NCBI GenBank assembly: GCA_964493885.1 | Contig: CAZBPV010000003.1 | Location: 7,831 to 71,830, forward strand | From: Candidatus Woesearchaeota archaeon | GTDB taxonomy: Archaea; Nanobdellota; Nanobdellia; Pacearchaeales; GW2011-AR1 | DNA length: 64,000 nt | Direction: 5' to 3' | Shown: piece after piece, positions 8,657 through 17,783 of the stretch | Numbering within the stretch: position 1 is the first letter of the stretch | Layout of the letters: each line of letters opens with the position of its first letter | Notes under the pieces: generated by a model | Told to the model about the DNA's origin: nothing | Database searches by the model: none | What the model saw: the letters and a program-made list of their open reading frames with translations, nothing else | Program-made: the position numbers and the translations under genes

Positions 8657-8878
8657 ATGGGGCATAAGCAAGAAGAGAATAAAACACAGAAAAACGCTCA
8701 AGAGAAGAAAAGTGTGAACATCAGCGTAACATTTGATAAATCTATCTGGGAGATTATAAGCAGTTCACAGGAGTTAGGCGAGAGTGATTCTGGAAAAGTC
8801 AATCATATCTGTGTTTCTTGGCTAAGCGAACACGGAATTTTATCAGGAATTATTAAAAAGAGGTTAAATATAAGATGA
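8657..8878 (+). CDS. Putative ribbon-helix-helix DNA-binding protein
   Basis: Alternating strand VNISVTF followed by two helices; divergent from the transposase. Confidence 0.6.
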   Translation: MGHKQEENKTQKNAQEKKSVNISVTFDKSIWEIISSSQELGESDSGKVNHICVSWLSEHGILSGIIKKRLNIR

Positions 8879-9087
8879 CTTTTCAACAAGGGCTACAATT
8901 AGCCATAGAAATATTTGAAAATAAAATTATAAATCTTGAAAATGATTATAAACAAAAGCATATAGAAGATTTTGATAGGCAAAAAATGAATAAACATATT
9001 AATAAGAAATTAAAAAAAGAGATTAATGGGCTAATTTTTCTTAATTTAGCGTATCCTGTAAAAATTCTAAAAAACCGAAAGATTTAA
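8875..9087 (+). CDS. Hypothetical protein
   Basis: ATGA overlap with the upstream gene; no recognisable motif. Confidence 0.4.
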   Translation: MTFQQGLQLAIEIFENKIINLENDYKQKHIEDFDRQKMNKHINKKLKKEINGLIFLNLAYPVKILKNRKI

Positions 9088-9112
9088 ATAACCTGATTAG
9101 CTATAGACTAAT

Positions 9113-9379
9113 ATGGTTAGTCCAATTCCAAAATGGGTGTGGAAGCGTTATGCTAAACTTTGGCAGAAATTTGCTGATAAACCTTTTACATTTGAACAAG
9201 CGAAAAAAGAATTAAAGTTTTTAGACAGAAATGTAATCAGCGTTATGTTTAATGAATTAAAAACTGCTGGATGGATTAAAGTAGGTTTAAATGAAAAAGA
9301 CAGCAGATTCAGAGTATATAACTTAATAAATCCCGAACAAATAGTGGAGAGCGTAGAAAATGATATTAAGAAGCATTAA
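9113..9379 (+). CDS. Small winged-helix DNA-binding protein
   Basis: FTFEQAKKEL...VISVMFNELKTAGWIKV...DSRFRVYNL (wing DxR); TTTAAATA upstream. Confidence 0.7.
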   Translation: MVSPIPKWVWKRYAKLWQKFADKPFTFEQAKKELKFLDRNVISVMFNELKTAGWIKVGLNEKDSRFRVYNLINPEQIVESVENDIKKH

Positions 9380-10465
9380 AGTAGAACATAAGGATGAAAA
9401 AACAGGTTTAGTCTCAAAAAGAATTATAACCTCTGAATGGGAAACTCATAATCATAAAATAGCAGTAAATAATTCTTTATTCTCCTGCGAACAAAAGAGA
9501 ATAGATAATAAAAAACAAATTTTAAATGCCCCTTTTCAAATACATCATATTTTCTTTAATAAAAAAAGAAATATTTGGAATTTTGATAAAATGGCGGAAA
9601 GCAAAGCTCACGCCTCAAGATTAGGAAGATTCTATTTGCCTTTTCAACAGAGAAACGCAAAACAATGGGAAGGTTTAGCTTTTCAAGAAGCAGAGGCAGA
9701 TTTTCAAGAGTTAGTAACAAAAGGTTTCCTTATTCTATCCCATTAGACGCCTCTTTAGAAGAATGGAAAAAGAGGAGAGTTGATGCACTATCCTTACTTA
9801 ATCAAAACCAAAGTTTAGTGGCTATATTCTGTTCAAGACATCAAATAGATTTATTTGAGGAAATTTTTAATTATGAATTTGAAAATTCAAAGTTGATAGG
9901 AGTGCAGTGTTATGGATTAAATGACGCTAATACCTTGCTTAATTTAATGAGAATAAAATCAAGAAATATGATGTTGCAGACAGGAGATATATCTCCTTTA
10001 CTTGTTGGATTAAATTACGAGAAAGTTCAAAGAAAGTTAGCTTTTGTGTCTGGTAGTTTTGCTTATTCTTGTTTTGGATTTGATATTTTATCTTGTAGAC
10101 AACTTTGTATGGAAAATATGCCTGCGGATGCAATAAGAAAGATGTTAAGCAGAAAAATAGAGGAAATTTTGAGATATGATAAAACTCTGGGTGGTTTTAA
10201 TCAGTCAGCAGAACAGGAGTTTTGGGATGGAGTTAATTTAACAAGGGCATTTTTGGAAAGGGTTAGTGTAACAGAGGGCTTAAATCAATATCAAGCTATA
10301 CAATGGGCAAATCATAGAGAACAACAAAAAGATTTAGACATCTTAAATGATTATATTTTAGAAACAGCTTACAAAGAAGATGCTCTTTTGAATTATATTG
10401 AAACTGAAAAAGAAAAGTGGGCAGTTTATTGGAAAACTAAAATGATTAAGTACACTAAGTCTTAA
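9360..10465 (+). pseudogene. Probable single ~367-aa gene of unknown function split by a -1 frameshift (ORFs 9360..9746 and 9665..10465)
   Basis: 82-nt overlap in the -1 frame; ORF2's first ~20 residues are Arg/Ser-rich and look off-frame; the fused reading ...ELVTKG/FPYSIPLD is protein-like. Confidence 0.5.
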
Positions 10466-10729
10466 ATAATCCCTACTAATACATTACTGGCTACAAAAAC
10501 CTACTTCTATTGTTAATGTAATAATACTCTCGAGCTTTTCAATCTTGTAATTTACTATTTAAAACGTGTAGCCCCTAATTATTTTTAGAGTTTTATTAAC
10601 ATCTCATTTACCAAAATTTAATTTTATCGAAGAGAAAATTACTAACTATCCTCTTAACATAATCTAAAAGTAGGTAATTTCAATTAGAGGGGAAGTATTA
10701 TGGTTTGATGTAATTAAGCCAACCATAAA

Positions 10730-13408
10730 TTAATATTTTTCTATAATATCTTGCTCTGTTTTTGTTATTCCATATAGACTATATATTTCTTCATTAATTT
10801 CATAATCTACATTCTTAATCTGTTGTTCTGAATTTTCTTTGCATAGTTTCATCATTCTTTCTACTAACTCTTTTATTTTATTTGCCTGTTTTTGTTCTGG
10901 GATTTTGACAGGCAGTAATTTTAAGTAAGGAATATCAAATCTGATATACCCCCCTGCCATATGCGTTGTTTCAAACTTCATCTTATAATAATAATTAATC
11001 AGTTTAGAGTTAATAATCGCTAACAACACTTCAAATAAACCTTCATCTTTGGGGATTAGAATAGATGATTTTCCAATATAATAACCCTCATCGTCAATAG
11101 TCGCCTGAACGCCCTTGGTTACCCTCGCTATAACAATTTTTCTTTTTTTGAATAGCTCTTTTAATTTATCAGAATATATTTTATTCTCAATATATTCCTT
11201 TTTCCAATCTATGCTATATCTTTTTATATCCCTTGTCTGAATCATAGGAGAGTATTTTTTGTCGTTTTGCTTATCTTCTCCTTTGTGCGTGGCAAAACCA
11301 GTAATAGACGAACCCCATACAAAAGTTTCCTGATAATCTTTTAGTTTTTCACACCCCTCTAATTTAGAAATAATCTCTTTATTTTCTGAAGTAGAACTTA
11401 TCATAAAATTTAATTTATTATCTTGTCTAAATTCTTCCTGTTCAATCTCATTCAGTTTTAAATTAGGAACTATATCTTTTTCATCTTCAATAATCGCCAC
11501 ACCTAATTTATTATTTTTGATTAGCCCTTTTTTGAATATAGTTATAACTGGATATGTAGAAGCGTCTTTGAAAATTCTTAAATGAGAAACATCAACTATT
11601 TTCTTTAATGAAGTTTCTTTTAACATTAACTCTCTCAAAGCAAAAGCATTTTCAGTTGATAAGTAAGTGTTAGGATTAATAAATCCAAACATCCCGCCCT
11701 CTTTTAACAATCTTATAGACTTCTCAATAAACAACTGAAATAAATTGTATTTTACAACCTTGCCATTAACATTTGAAGATTCATAATTTTTATTAAAATA
11801 TTCTGTGCCTTTTATGTTAGAATAATCTACATATGGCGGATTTCCGATAACAATATCAAAACCACCTTCCTTTATTGAGGGAAATTGAGCGTTCCAATTA
11901 AATGCCTTTTCATAATTAGAATCAGAAATTAAGCTATTCCCATTTTTGATATTATCTTTCATAGTAGGCAAAACTCTTTTTCTTGTTTCTCTTGTTTCTT
12001 CTTCTAAAATCTTTAATAATAAATTAAGCTGTGCAAGTTCCACAGCTTTCTCATCTAAATCTACTCCATAAATACAATTTGTTAGAATAGTTGCTTTTTG
12101 ACTTATATTTAATCTCTCGTTATATGAATTAAAACTATTCCACTTCTTTGATTTTTCGCCTTTATTTAATTTTTCTTCTATAACATTACATAATTCTTGA
12201 AATGCCCTAATCAAGAAAGAGCCAGAGCCACAGGCACAATCTAAAACTTTTACCTCTAAAATCTCATCTATTGATTTATTCTTAACATACTCTCCGAGAG
12301 TATTTTTTACTATATAATCCACAATATAAGAAGGGGTATAGTAAATTCCCATACTTTTTCTTTTTCCACTTAACAAATCTAACTTAACTCGCTTTTCTGT
12401 TCCTCTTAAAACCACTCCTAAATACTGCTCATAAATACTGCCTAATAAGTCAATAGGAATCTCATCAAACATATATCTCTCTTGATGTTCTTGCGTTCCA
12501 TAATATAATCCTTTTATAACTTTAATGATATTTTTATCATCAAAAAATCCTTCTTTTTCTAACAACCCATCAAAAAAGAGTTTAGAGTTATACTCCTTAT
12601 CAAATATTCTAAATTGAATTTTTAATAATGCCCAAAGAGTTTTATCAGTTCTGCCTTGCTGAACATCATCTATCTTTTTTAGTAAAAAGTCTTTTTCTTC
12701 TAATCCTCTATCTTCAACAGAACGCATAAAAATTAATCTATCAATTAGAATCTGAACAATCTCATCAATTTGAGAATCAGTTAAATAAGTTCTTTTATCC
12801 TTTAAGTCCTTTGAAAGCCACTCTCTATACTGAAGTAAATCGGTTAATATTGCTTCATCAATCGGTTTAATTAACTTCTTGTCTACATTTTTAAGAAGTT
12901 TATCAATTTCATCTTTTTCAAAACTCTCTCTTGATAATAACCATAGTCTATCAAACTGCTCAATAAAATTCTCACAATCTATCCAGAAATAACCCTTATC
13001 ATCTTTCAATAAGTTTTTATCTATATTCTTGATATTAGATAATGCGTGATAAACTCTTATTTGTTTAAAATTAGTTAATACAGAAAACTTTATGTTTTTA
13101 TGGTGTGCATAAGAAACAGCCTGTCTTCCTTCTTTTTCTTCAAGTTTAATATCTGTTGCTTTTGCTTCTATCACTAACTTTTGCTGGTTTCCAATCCTTA
13201 ATATATAATCTGCTCTTCCTTTCAATACCCTTTCTTCTTTATTAATATCTTCTAATTCCCAACCCAACGCCTTTAGTAATGGCTCAATAAATCTAAATTT
13301 TATTTGTTCTTCTTTCATTCCATCAAGTTCACTTTTAGGAATAGCTAAGAATTTATTTACTATCTTTCCTACCTCTTGTTTTGCTGTTTCCTTATCCATA
13401 GAAATCAC
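10730..13408 (-). CDS. Type IIG-like fused restriction endonuclease / N6-adenine methyltransferase
   Basis: N-terminal nuclease (RADYIL...VIEAK, LTNF), GIYYTP, DCACGSG (motif I), GNPPY (motif IV), TaqI-C-like target recognition region (LLAIINSKLINYY). Confidence 0.9.
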   Translation of the reverse strand: MISMDKETAKQEVGKIVNKFLAIPKSELDGMKEEQIKFRFIEPLLKALGWELEDINKEERVLKGRADYILRIGNQQKLVIEAKATDIKLEEKEGRQAVSYAHHKNIKFSVLTNFKQIRVYHALSNIKNIDKNLLKDDKGYFWIDCENFIEQFDRLWLLSRESFEKDEIDKLLKNVDKKLIKPIDEAILTDLLQYREWLSKDLKDKRTYLTDSQIDEIVQILIDRLIFMRSVEDRGLEEKDFLLKKIDDVQQGRTDKTLWALLKIQFRIFDKEYNSKLFFDGLLEKEGFFDDKNIIKVIKGLYYGTQEHQERYMFDEIPIDLLGSIYEQYLGVVLRGTEKRVKLDLLSGKRKSMGIYYTPSYIVDYIVKNTLGEYVKNKSIDEILEVKVLDCACGSGSFLIRAFQELCNVIEEKLNKGEKSKKWNSFNSYNERLNISQKATILTNCIYGVDLDEKAVELAQLNLLLKILEEETRETRKRVLPTMKDNIKNGNSLISDSNYEKAFNWNAQFPSIKEGGFDIVIGNPPYVDYSNIKGTEYFNKNYESSNVNGKVVKYNLFQLFIEKSIRLLKEGGMFGFINPNTYLSTENAFALRELMLKETSLKKIVDVSHLRIFKDASTYPVITIFKKGLIKNNKLGVAIIEDEKDIVPNLKLNEIEQEEFRQDNKLNFMISSTSENKEIISKLEGCEKLKDYQETFVWGSSITGFATHKGEDKQNDKKYSPMIQTRDIKRYSIDWKKEYIENKIYSDKLKELFKKRKIVIARVTKGVQATIDDEGYYIGKSSILIPKDEGLFEVLLAIINSKLINYYYKMKFETTHMAGGYIRFDIPYLKLLPVKIPEQKQANKIKELVERMMKLCKENSEQQIKNVDYEINEEIYSLYGITKTEQDIIEKY

Positions 13409-13449
13409 AAGAAATACTTATTTTTAAAACCTATCAAAATCACTCTATT

Positions 13450-13509
13450 AACTCCCGACACTTAACACCCTTACTCATCTCCCGAAGACTTAACACACCC
13501 TCGGAAAAA
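13450..13509. repeat. Right end motifs plus target duplication
   Basis: Reverse complements GTGTTAAGTGTCGGGAGTT (13450-13468) and GTGTTAAGTCTTCGGGAGAT (13477-13496), then TCGGAAAAA. Confidence 0.8.
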
Positions 13510-13556
13510 AACTTATAGTGAAAAATCTTGATTTTTGCTCTATAAACTTTTCACTG

Positions 13557-13724
13557 TTATCTTACAATATATTTCATCACTGCAGAAATTGCAAAACCAA
13601 TAATTCCTAAGAGGATTATTCCAACTCCAGCTATTTTTGCAGTCTGAAGTAATTCTTTTTTAGAGGGTTTTCTTAATGCCATCCAGACTCTTTTACATTT
13701 CAATAAAAAAGATGATAATATCAT
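13557..13724 (-). CDS. secE: Protein translocase SecE/Sec61-gamma, not in ORF track
   Basis: Manual translation MILSSFLLKCKRVWMALRKPSKKELLQTAKIAGVGIILLGIIGFAISAVMKYIVR; directly after ftsZ. Confidence 0.93.
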   Translation of the reverse strand: MILSSFLLKCKRVWMALRKPSKKELLQTAKIAGVGIILLGIIGFAISAVMKYIVR

Positions 13725-13754
13725 AGTCTAATTATATTTGTAGGGTTTTTAAAA

Positions 13755-14858
13755 TTATTCAAAGAAATCTATCCCAAGTTCTTCTTCTATTTCTTTATGC
13801 CTCATAACTTCTATAGGATCTCCCTGTCCTAAAATCTGAGAACTTTTGACTCCAGTAACAATTAGTAATACTCTAATAGATTTGTCCATGTCTGGAGCAA
13901 TTTGAGCCCCCCAAATCATCTTTGCATCTGGGCTTAATTTTTCTCCTATATGTTCAATTATTTCCTTGCATTCATCAAGGCTCATATTATTTCCTCCGAC
14001 AATATTTATCAAAGCTCCTGTTGCATTGGATATGTCTACATCTAACAAAGGATTATGCATGGCTTTTGTAACTGCATCAATTGCTCTCTGTTCTGTATCT
14101 GACTCTCCCATACCTATCAAGGAAACCCCTCCATTAACCATTACAGCTTTAATATCTGCAAAATCAAGATTAACTAAGCCAGAGGTTGTTACAAGCTCTG
14201 TAACTCCTTTTACAGCATTTGTAAGAATTTCATCAGAAATTTTAAATGCAGTGTGCAATGGGAGTTCTGGAGCAAGTTCTAAAAGCTTATCATTAGGTAT
14301 TACTATAAGAGTGTCAACATTTGCTTCTAATTTTTCTAATCCTTCCATAGCGTTTTCAATTCTCTTCCTTCCTTCTATAGTAAAAGGGAGAGTAACAACT
14401 CCTATAGTCAAAGAACCTTGTTTTTTTGAAATTCTTGCTATTTCAGGGGCAGCTCCTGTACCAGTCCCTCCTCCTAAACCGCAAGTAATAAAGACCATAT
14501 CTGCTCCAGAGATTTTCTTTTTTATCTCAGATTCTGATTCTTTTGCAGCTTCTTCACCAATTTTAGGGTTGCTGCCTGCACCTAATCCCTGAGTTAGTTC
14601 TTTTCCAATCAGTATTTTTTGGTCAGCATTAGCATATAACAAATCCTGAGCATCAGTATTAATTGCTATAAGCTCTCCTCCTTTTATTCCAATCTCCTTC
14701 ATTCTGCTTAAAGAGTTATTTCCTCCTCCTCCAACCCCAACTACTTTAATTTTTGCAGATTGTTTTTTTAATAACTCTTCAAGTTCTCTATCTATTTCTC
14801 TTACTTCTTCAGAAATGTTGTATGAAACATCCGCGCTTTGACTATAAGTTATACTCAT
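13755..14858 (-). CDS. ftsZ: Cell division protein FtsZ
   Basis: GVGGGGNN, GLGGGTGTG, NLDFAD. Confidence 0.98.
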   Translation of the reverse strand: MSITYSQSADVSYNISEEVREIDRELEELLKKQSAKIKVVGVGGGGNNSLSRMKEIGIKGGELIAINTDAQDLLYANADQKILIGKELTQGLGAGSNPKIGEEAAKESESEIKKKISGADMVFITCGLGGGTGTGAAPEIARISKKQGSLTIGVVTLPFTIEGRKRIENAMEGLEKLEANVDTLIVIPNDKLLELAPELPLHTAFKISDEILTNAVKGVTELVTTSGLVNLDFADIKAVMVNGGVSLIGMGESDTEQRAIDAVTKAMHNPLLDVDISNATGALINIVGGNNMSLDECKEIIEHIGEKLSPDAKMIWGAQIAPDMDKSIRVLLIVTGVKSSQILGQGDPIEVMRHKEIEEELGIDFFE

Positions 14859-14884
14859 GAAAAATTGAGGTTTGAGTTGTTTAT

Positions 14885-15020
14885 AAGAATTGTTGTGCTT
14901 TTATCTATAACATTCATAGATACAAATCCACGCAGTGATTTGCATAAAGAATTGTTGTGCTTTTATCTATAACATTCATAGATACAAATCCACGCAGTGA
15001 TTTGCATAAAGAATTGTTGT
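14885..15020. repeat. 62-bp tandem repeat (2 copies plus a 12-bp third start) with palindromic core, at the ftsZ promoter
   Basis: AAGAATTGTTGT at 14885, 14947 and 15009; core TACAAATCCACGCAGTGATTTGCA. Confidence 0.92.
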
Positions 15021-15023
15021 AGT

Positions 15024-15689
15024 TTATTCTTTATTTTCTTTTGATTTATTTTTATCTGTTTCTTTTTCTTCAATTACATTTAAATTTAAATTAAATAAAT
15101 CTTTGAACTTATCCTTAAATAAGGTAACCAGATTAATTAATTGTTTTTCAACAAAAATTGATAATTCCTTGTCTTTTATCTCAAATCTAAAATTTTTTCT
15201 AAATAAGAAATCAATAAAGGATTTTATCTTTTCGTTAATATCCTCAAGTTTTCTATTAATCTTAAGATCATATTCCAGATCTTTTCCTGCAAGAGGATTA
15301 TTAAAATCTACTCTGACTCTTCCTCCTGAAACAGAAAGTACTTTTGCTATTCTCCCATCAAAATTAAACATTGCTCCTGGAAAAGGATTTAATTTATGCT
15401 GCCTAAAAACAGAGGGGGGAACAATTTGCACTAATTTAGGGTCCCTATTTCCAAAAGCTTTTTCTGCATTTAGTTCTAAATGATATTGCTTTCCTATTTC
15501 TTTTCCAATAAGAAAATCATCAATTCCCCTTAAGAACATGCCTTGTCCTAAAGAAAAGATAAAAGGCTTTGCAGTTGTTTTGAGATTTGCCTTTTCAATA
15601 TCAGATTTGATATTTGAATCAAATATATCTCCATTTTTTATTTTTCCAGTAAATTCAATTTCAATAAAATCTTTTTCTTTTAATACCAT
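15024..15689 (-). CDS. slyD: FKBP-type peptidyl-prolyl isomerase (SlyD-like, long type)
   Basis: IEFTGK...IFDSN, AEKAFG, RVRVDFNNPLAGKDL. Confidence 0.92.
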   Translation of the reverse strand: MVLKEKDFIEIEFTGKIKNGDIFDSNIKSDIEKANLKTTAKPFIFSLGQGMFLRGIDDFLIGKEIGKQYHLELNAEKAFGNRDPKLVQIVPPSVFRQHKLNPFPGAMFNFDGRIAKVLSVSGGRVRVDFNNPLAGKDLEYDLKINRKLEDINEKIKSFIDFLFRKNFRFEIKDKELSIFVEKQLINLVTLFKDKFKDLFNLNLNVIEEKETDKNKSKENKE

Positions 15690-15739
15690 GATATTTGTTT
15701 AGTAAAAACGTTTATAAATCTATTTTTTTTGGATTAGAT

Positions 15740-16132
15740 ATGGTTGCAAGGATAATTGATGCTACAGATGCTAAGGTTGGAACAAATATAATTGTTGATG
15801 GAAAGCCTTGTACTGTAAAAAAAATTGACATAAGTAAGACTGGGAAACATGGACATGCAAAAGCTAGAATTGAGGCTGTTGGGATGATTGATGGCAATAA
15901 AAAAGTTTTTGTTGTTCCAGGACACGAGAGGCTAGAAGTTCCAATGGTAGATAAAAGAAAAGGGCAAGTCTTAAGCAAAGGAGAAAATAGTGTAAGTATT
16001 ATGGACTTGGATACCTTTGAAACACTAGAAGTAGAATGCCCAGAAGAAGATGTAAAATCTCAATTAGTCGAGGGGGAAAATGCAGAGTACTGGGATATTG
16101 AAGGAAGAAAGATAGTAAAGAGGAAACTTTAA
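15740..16132 (+). CDS. eif5a: Translation factor aIF5A
   Basis: Hypusine motif SKTGKHGHAK; ATG at 15740. Confidence 0.96.
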   Translation: MVARIIDATDAKVGTNIIVDGKPCTVKKIDISKTGKHGHAKARIEAVGMIDGNKKVFVVPGHERLEVPMVDKRKGQVLSKGENSVSIMDLDTFETLEVECPEEDVKSQLVEGENAEYWDIEGRKIVKRKL

Positions 16133-16144
16133 GGATAAACTAAA

Positions 16145-16306
16145 ATGGCTAAAATACCTGAAGCACAAAATAGACTTTTCAGAAATGTTTTCATTTGTAA
16201 AAGATGTAACAGCAAGATTAGGAGTGACCCCTTGAAAATACTTTTGGGGAAGGTTAAATGCAGAAAATGCGGTTACAAAGCATTCAGGCCAATAAAGAAA
16301 AAATAA
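16145..16306 (+). CDS. rpl40e: 50S ribosomal protein L40e, not in ORF track
   Basis: Manual translation MAKIPEAQNRLFRNVFICKRCNSKIR...KCRKCGYKAFRPIKKK. Confidence 0.92.
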   Translation: MAKIPEAQNRLFRNVFICKRCNSKIRSDPLKILLGKVKCRKCGYKAFRPIKKK

Positions 16307-16322
16307 GAGTTAATTAATAAAG

Positions 16323-17762
16323 ATGAATTTTGTAATATATGACCTAACACTTTTAGTTGTATTTGCTATTGCTATCTCAATTTTTCTATACTCAAGAAGA
16401 AATAATCTAAAAAAGGAAGGATTACTACTCCTCTATAAATCTGATTGGGGTATAAAACTTATTGAGAGAATAGGGAAAAAATACCCAAGAACAATAAAGA
16501 TATTAAGTTATTTATCAATAATTTTAGGCTATTTACTGATGATAACAATGGTTTACTTATTTGTAAAAATTGTTATGGTTTATGTATTTAATCCAGAAAT
16601 TGTGAGGGCAATAAAAATTCCTCCTATAATGCCATTGATACCTTATCTCCCTTCGATATTCAAACTTAATTTTTTGCCTCCTTTTTATTTTATTTATTGG
16701 GTAATAATCATTGCAATAATTGCAATCCCTCATGAATTAGCTCACGGAATTTGTGCAGCATATAATAAAATAAAGATAAAAAATACTGGTTTTGGATTTT
16801 TTCCATTTTTTCTTCCAGTATTTCTAGCAGCATTTGTAGAACCAGATGAAAAAGGAATGAATAAAAAGGATAAATTCAGCCAAATGGCAATTTTATCGTC
16901 TGGGACATTCGCAAATGTTGTTACAGCAGTGTTTTTTTTATTTATCTTATGGGCATTTTTCTCCTTGTTTTTTTCTCCAATAGGAGTGGTATTTGATACT
17001 TATTCCTATTCTATAATAAATATATCAGACATTTCAAAAATAAATAATTTAAGTGTGATTAATAGCAGTTATGATGGAGTGCTTGATTTAATGGACAATA
17101 CTAATATTAATATTATCGAAGCTAATAATATTAAATATATAGGGATTAAAACAATTCTAGAGGAATCAGCAAACAAAGAGTTATTTAAAAAACAGGGGAA
17201 AATGGTTTTATATGACTATTCTCCTGCAATAAAAAACGGAATTATCGGCGCTATTACTAAAATAAATAATGTGAAGATAGATAGCAAAGAAAAATTAGCT
17301 AAAGAATTATCCTTTAAAAAACCTGGTGAAGAAATAGAAATTCAAACCTTTGATGGAGAAACTTATAATTCTCAAAAGATAATACTTGAAGAAAATCCTG
17401 AAAAAGAAGGTATGGCTTGGCTTGGAATTGGATTTATAGAGCAGGAACGTCAAGGGATTATGGGAAATATTATGAATGCTATGTCTAGGTTTAAAGAACC
17501 AAATGTCTATTATCAAGGAAAATTTGCATTTAGTGATTTTATTTACAATCTTTTATGGTGGATTATTCTTGTTTCAATAAGTGTTGCATTAATTAATATG
17601 CTCCCTATTGGAATATTTGATGGGGGGAGATTCTTTTTCCTAACTATGACAGCAGTAACTGGAAGTGAGAAAATAGCTAAAAAAACTTTCTCTACCTTGA
17701 CACTTATTTTCTTATTGCTTTTAGTATTAATGATGTTTTTCTGGGCTTTTAGCTTTTGGTAA
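16323..17762 (+). CDS. Site-2 protease (M50) with PDZ-like insert
   Basis: HELAH, AFVEPD, NMLPIGIFDGG. Confidence 0.93.
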   Translation: MNFVIYDLTLLVVFAIAISIFLYSRRNNLKKEGLLLLYKSDWGIKLIERIGKKYPRTIKILSYLSIILGYLLMITMVYLFVKIVMVYVFNPEIVRAIKIPPIMPLIPYLPSIFKLNFLPPFYFIYWVIIIAIIAIPHELAHGICAAYNKIKIKNTGFGFFPFFLPVFLAAFVEPDEKGMNKKDKFSQMAILSSGTFANVVTAVFFLFILWAFFSLFFSPIGVVFDTYSYSIINISDISKINNLSVINSSYDGVLDLMDNTNINIIEANNIKYIGIKTILEESANKELFKKQGKMVLYDYSPAIKNGIIGAITKINNVKIDSKEKLAKELSFKKPGEEIEIQTFDGETYNSQKIILEENPEKEGMAWLGIGFIEQERQGIMGNIMNAMSRFKEPNVYYQGKFAFSDFIYNLLWWIILVSISVALINMLPIGIFDGGRFFFLTMTAVTGSEKIAKKTFSTLTLIFLLLLVLMMFFWAFSFW

Positions 17763-17783
17763 AATGATTAGGGAATTGAAAAG

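Larger units (their letters stand above)
7282..13500. mobile_element. 6.2-kb cargo-carrying DDE transposon (IS6-like transposase) inserted between secE and spt5
   Basis: Direct repeat TCGGAAAAA at 7273-7281 and 13501-13509; imperfect terminal inverted repeats (16/22); transposase at one end; interrupts the conserved ftsZ-secE-spt5-rpl11 order. Confidence 0.85.

Noticed and set aside
10466..10729. Possible small gene or ncRNA between the convergent cargo genes
   Set aside because: The minus-strand frames I read are interrupted by stops, the ORF track lists nothing here, and I see no convincing structure
14885..15020. CRISPR array interpretation of the repeat arrays here, at 24699-24812 and at 3986-4162
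   Set aside because: The intervening units are identical or near-identical rather than unique spacers, there are only 2-3 units, and no cas genes are in the window
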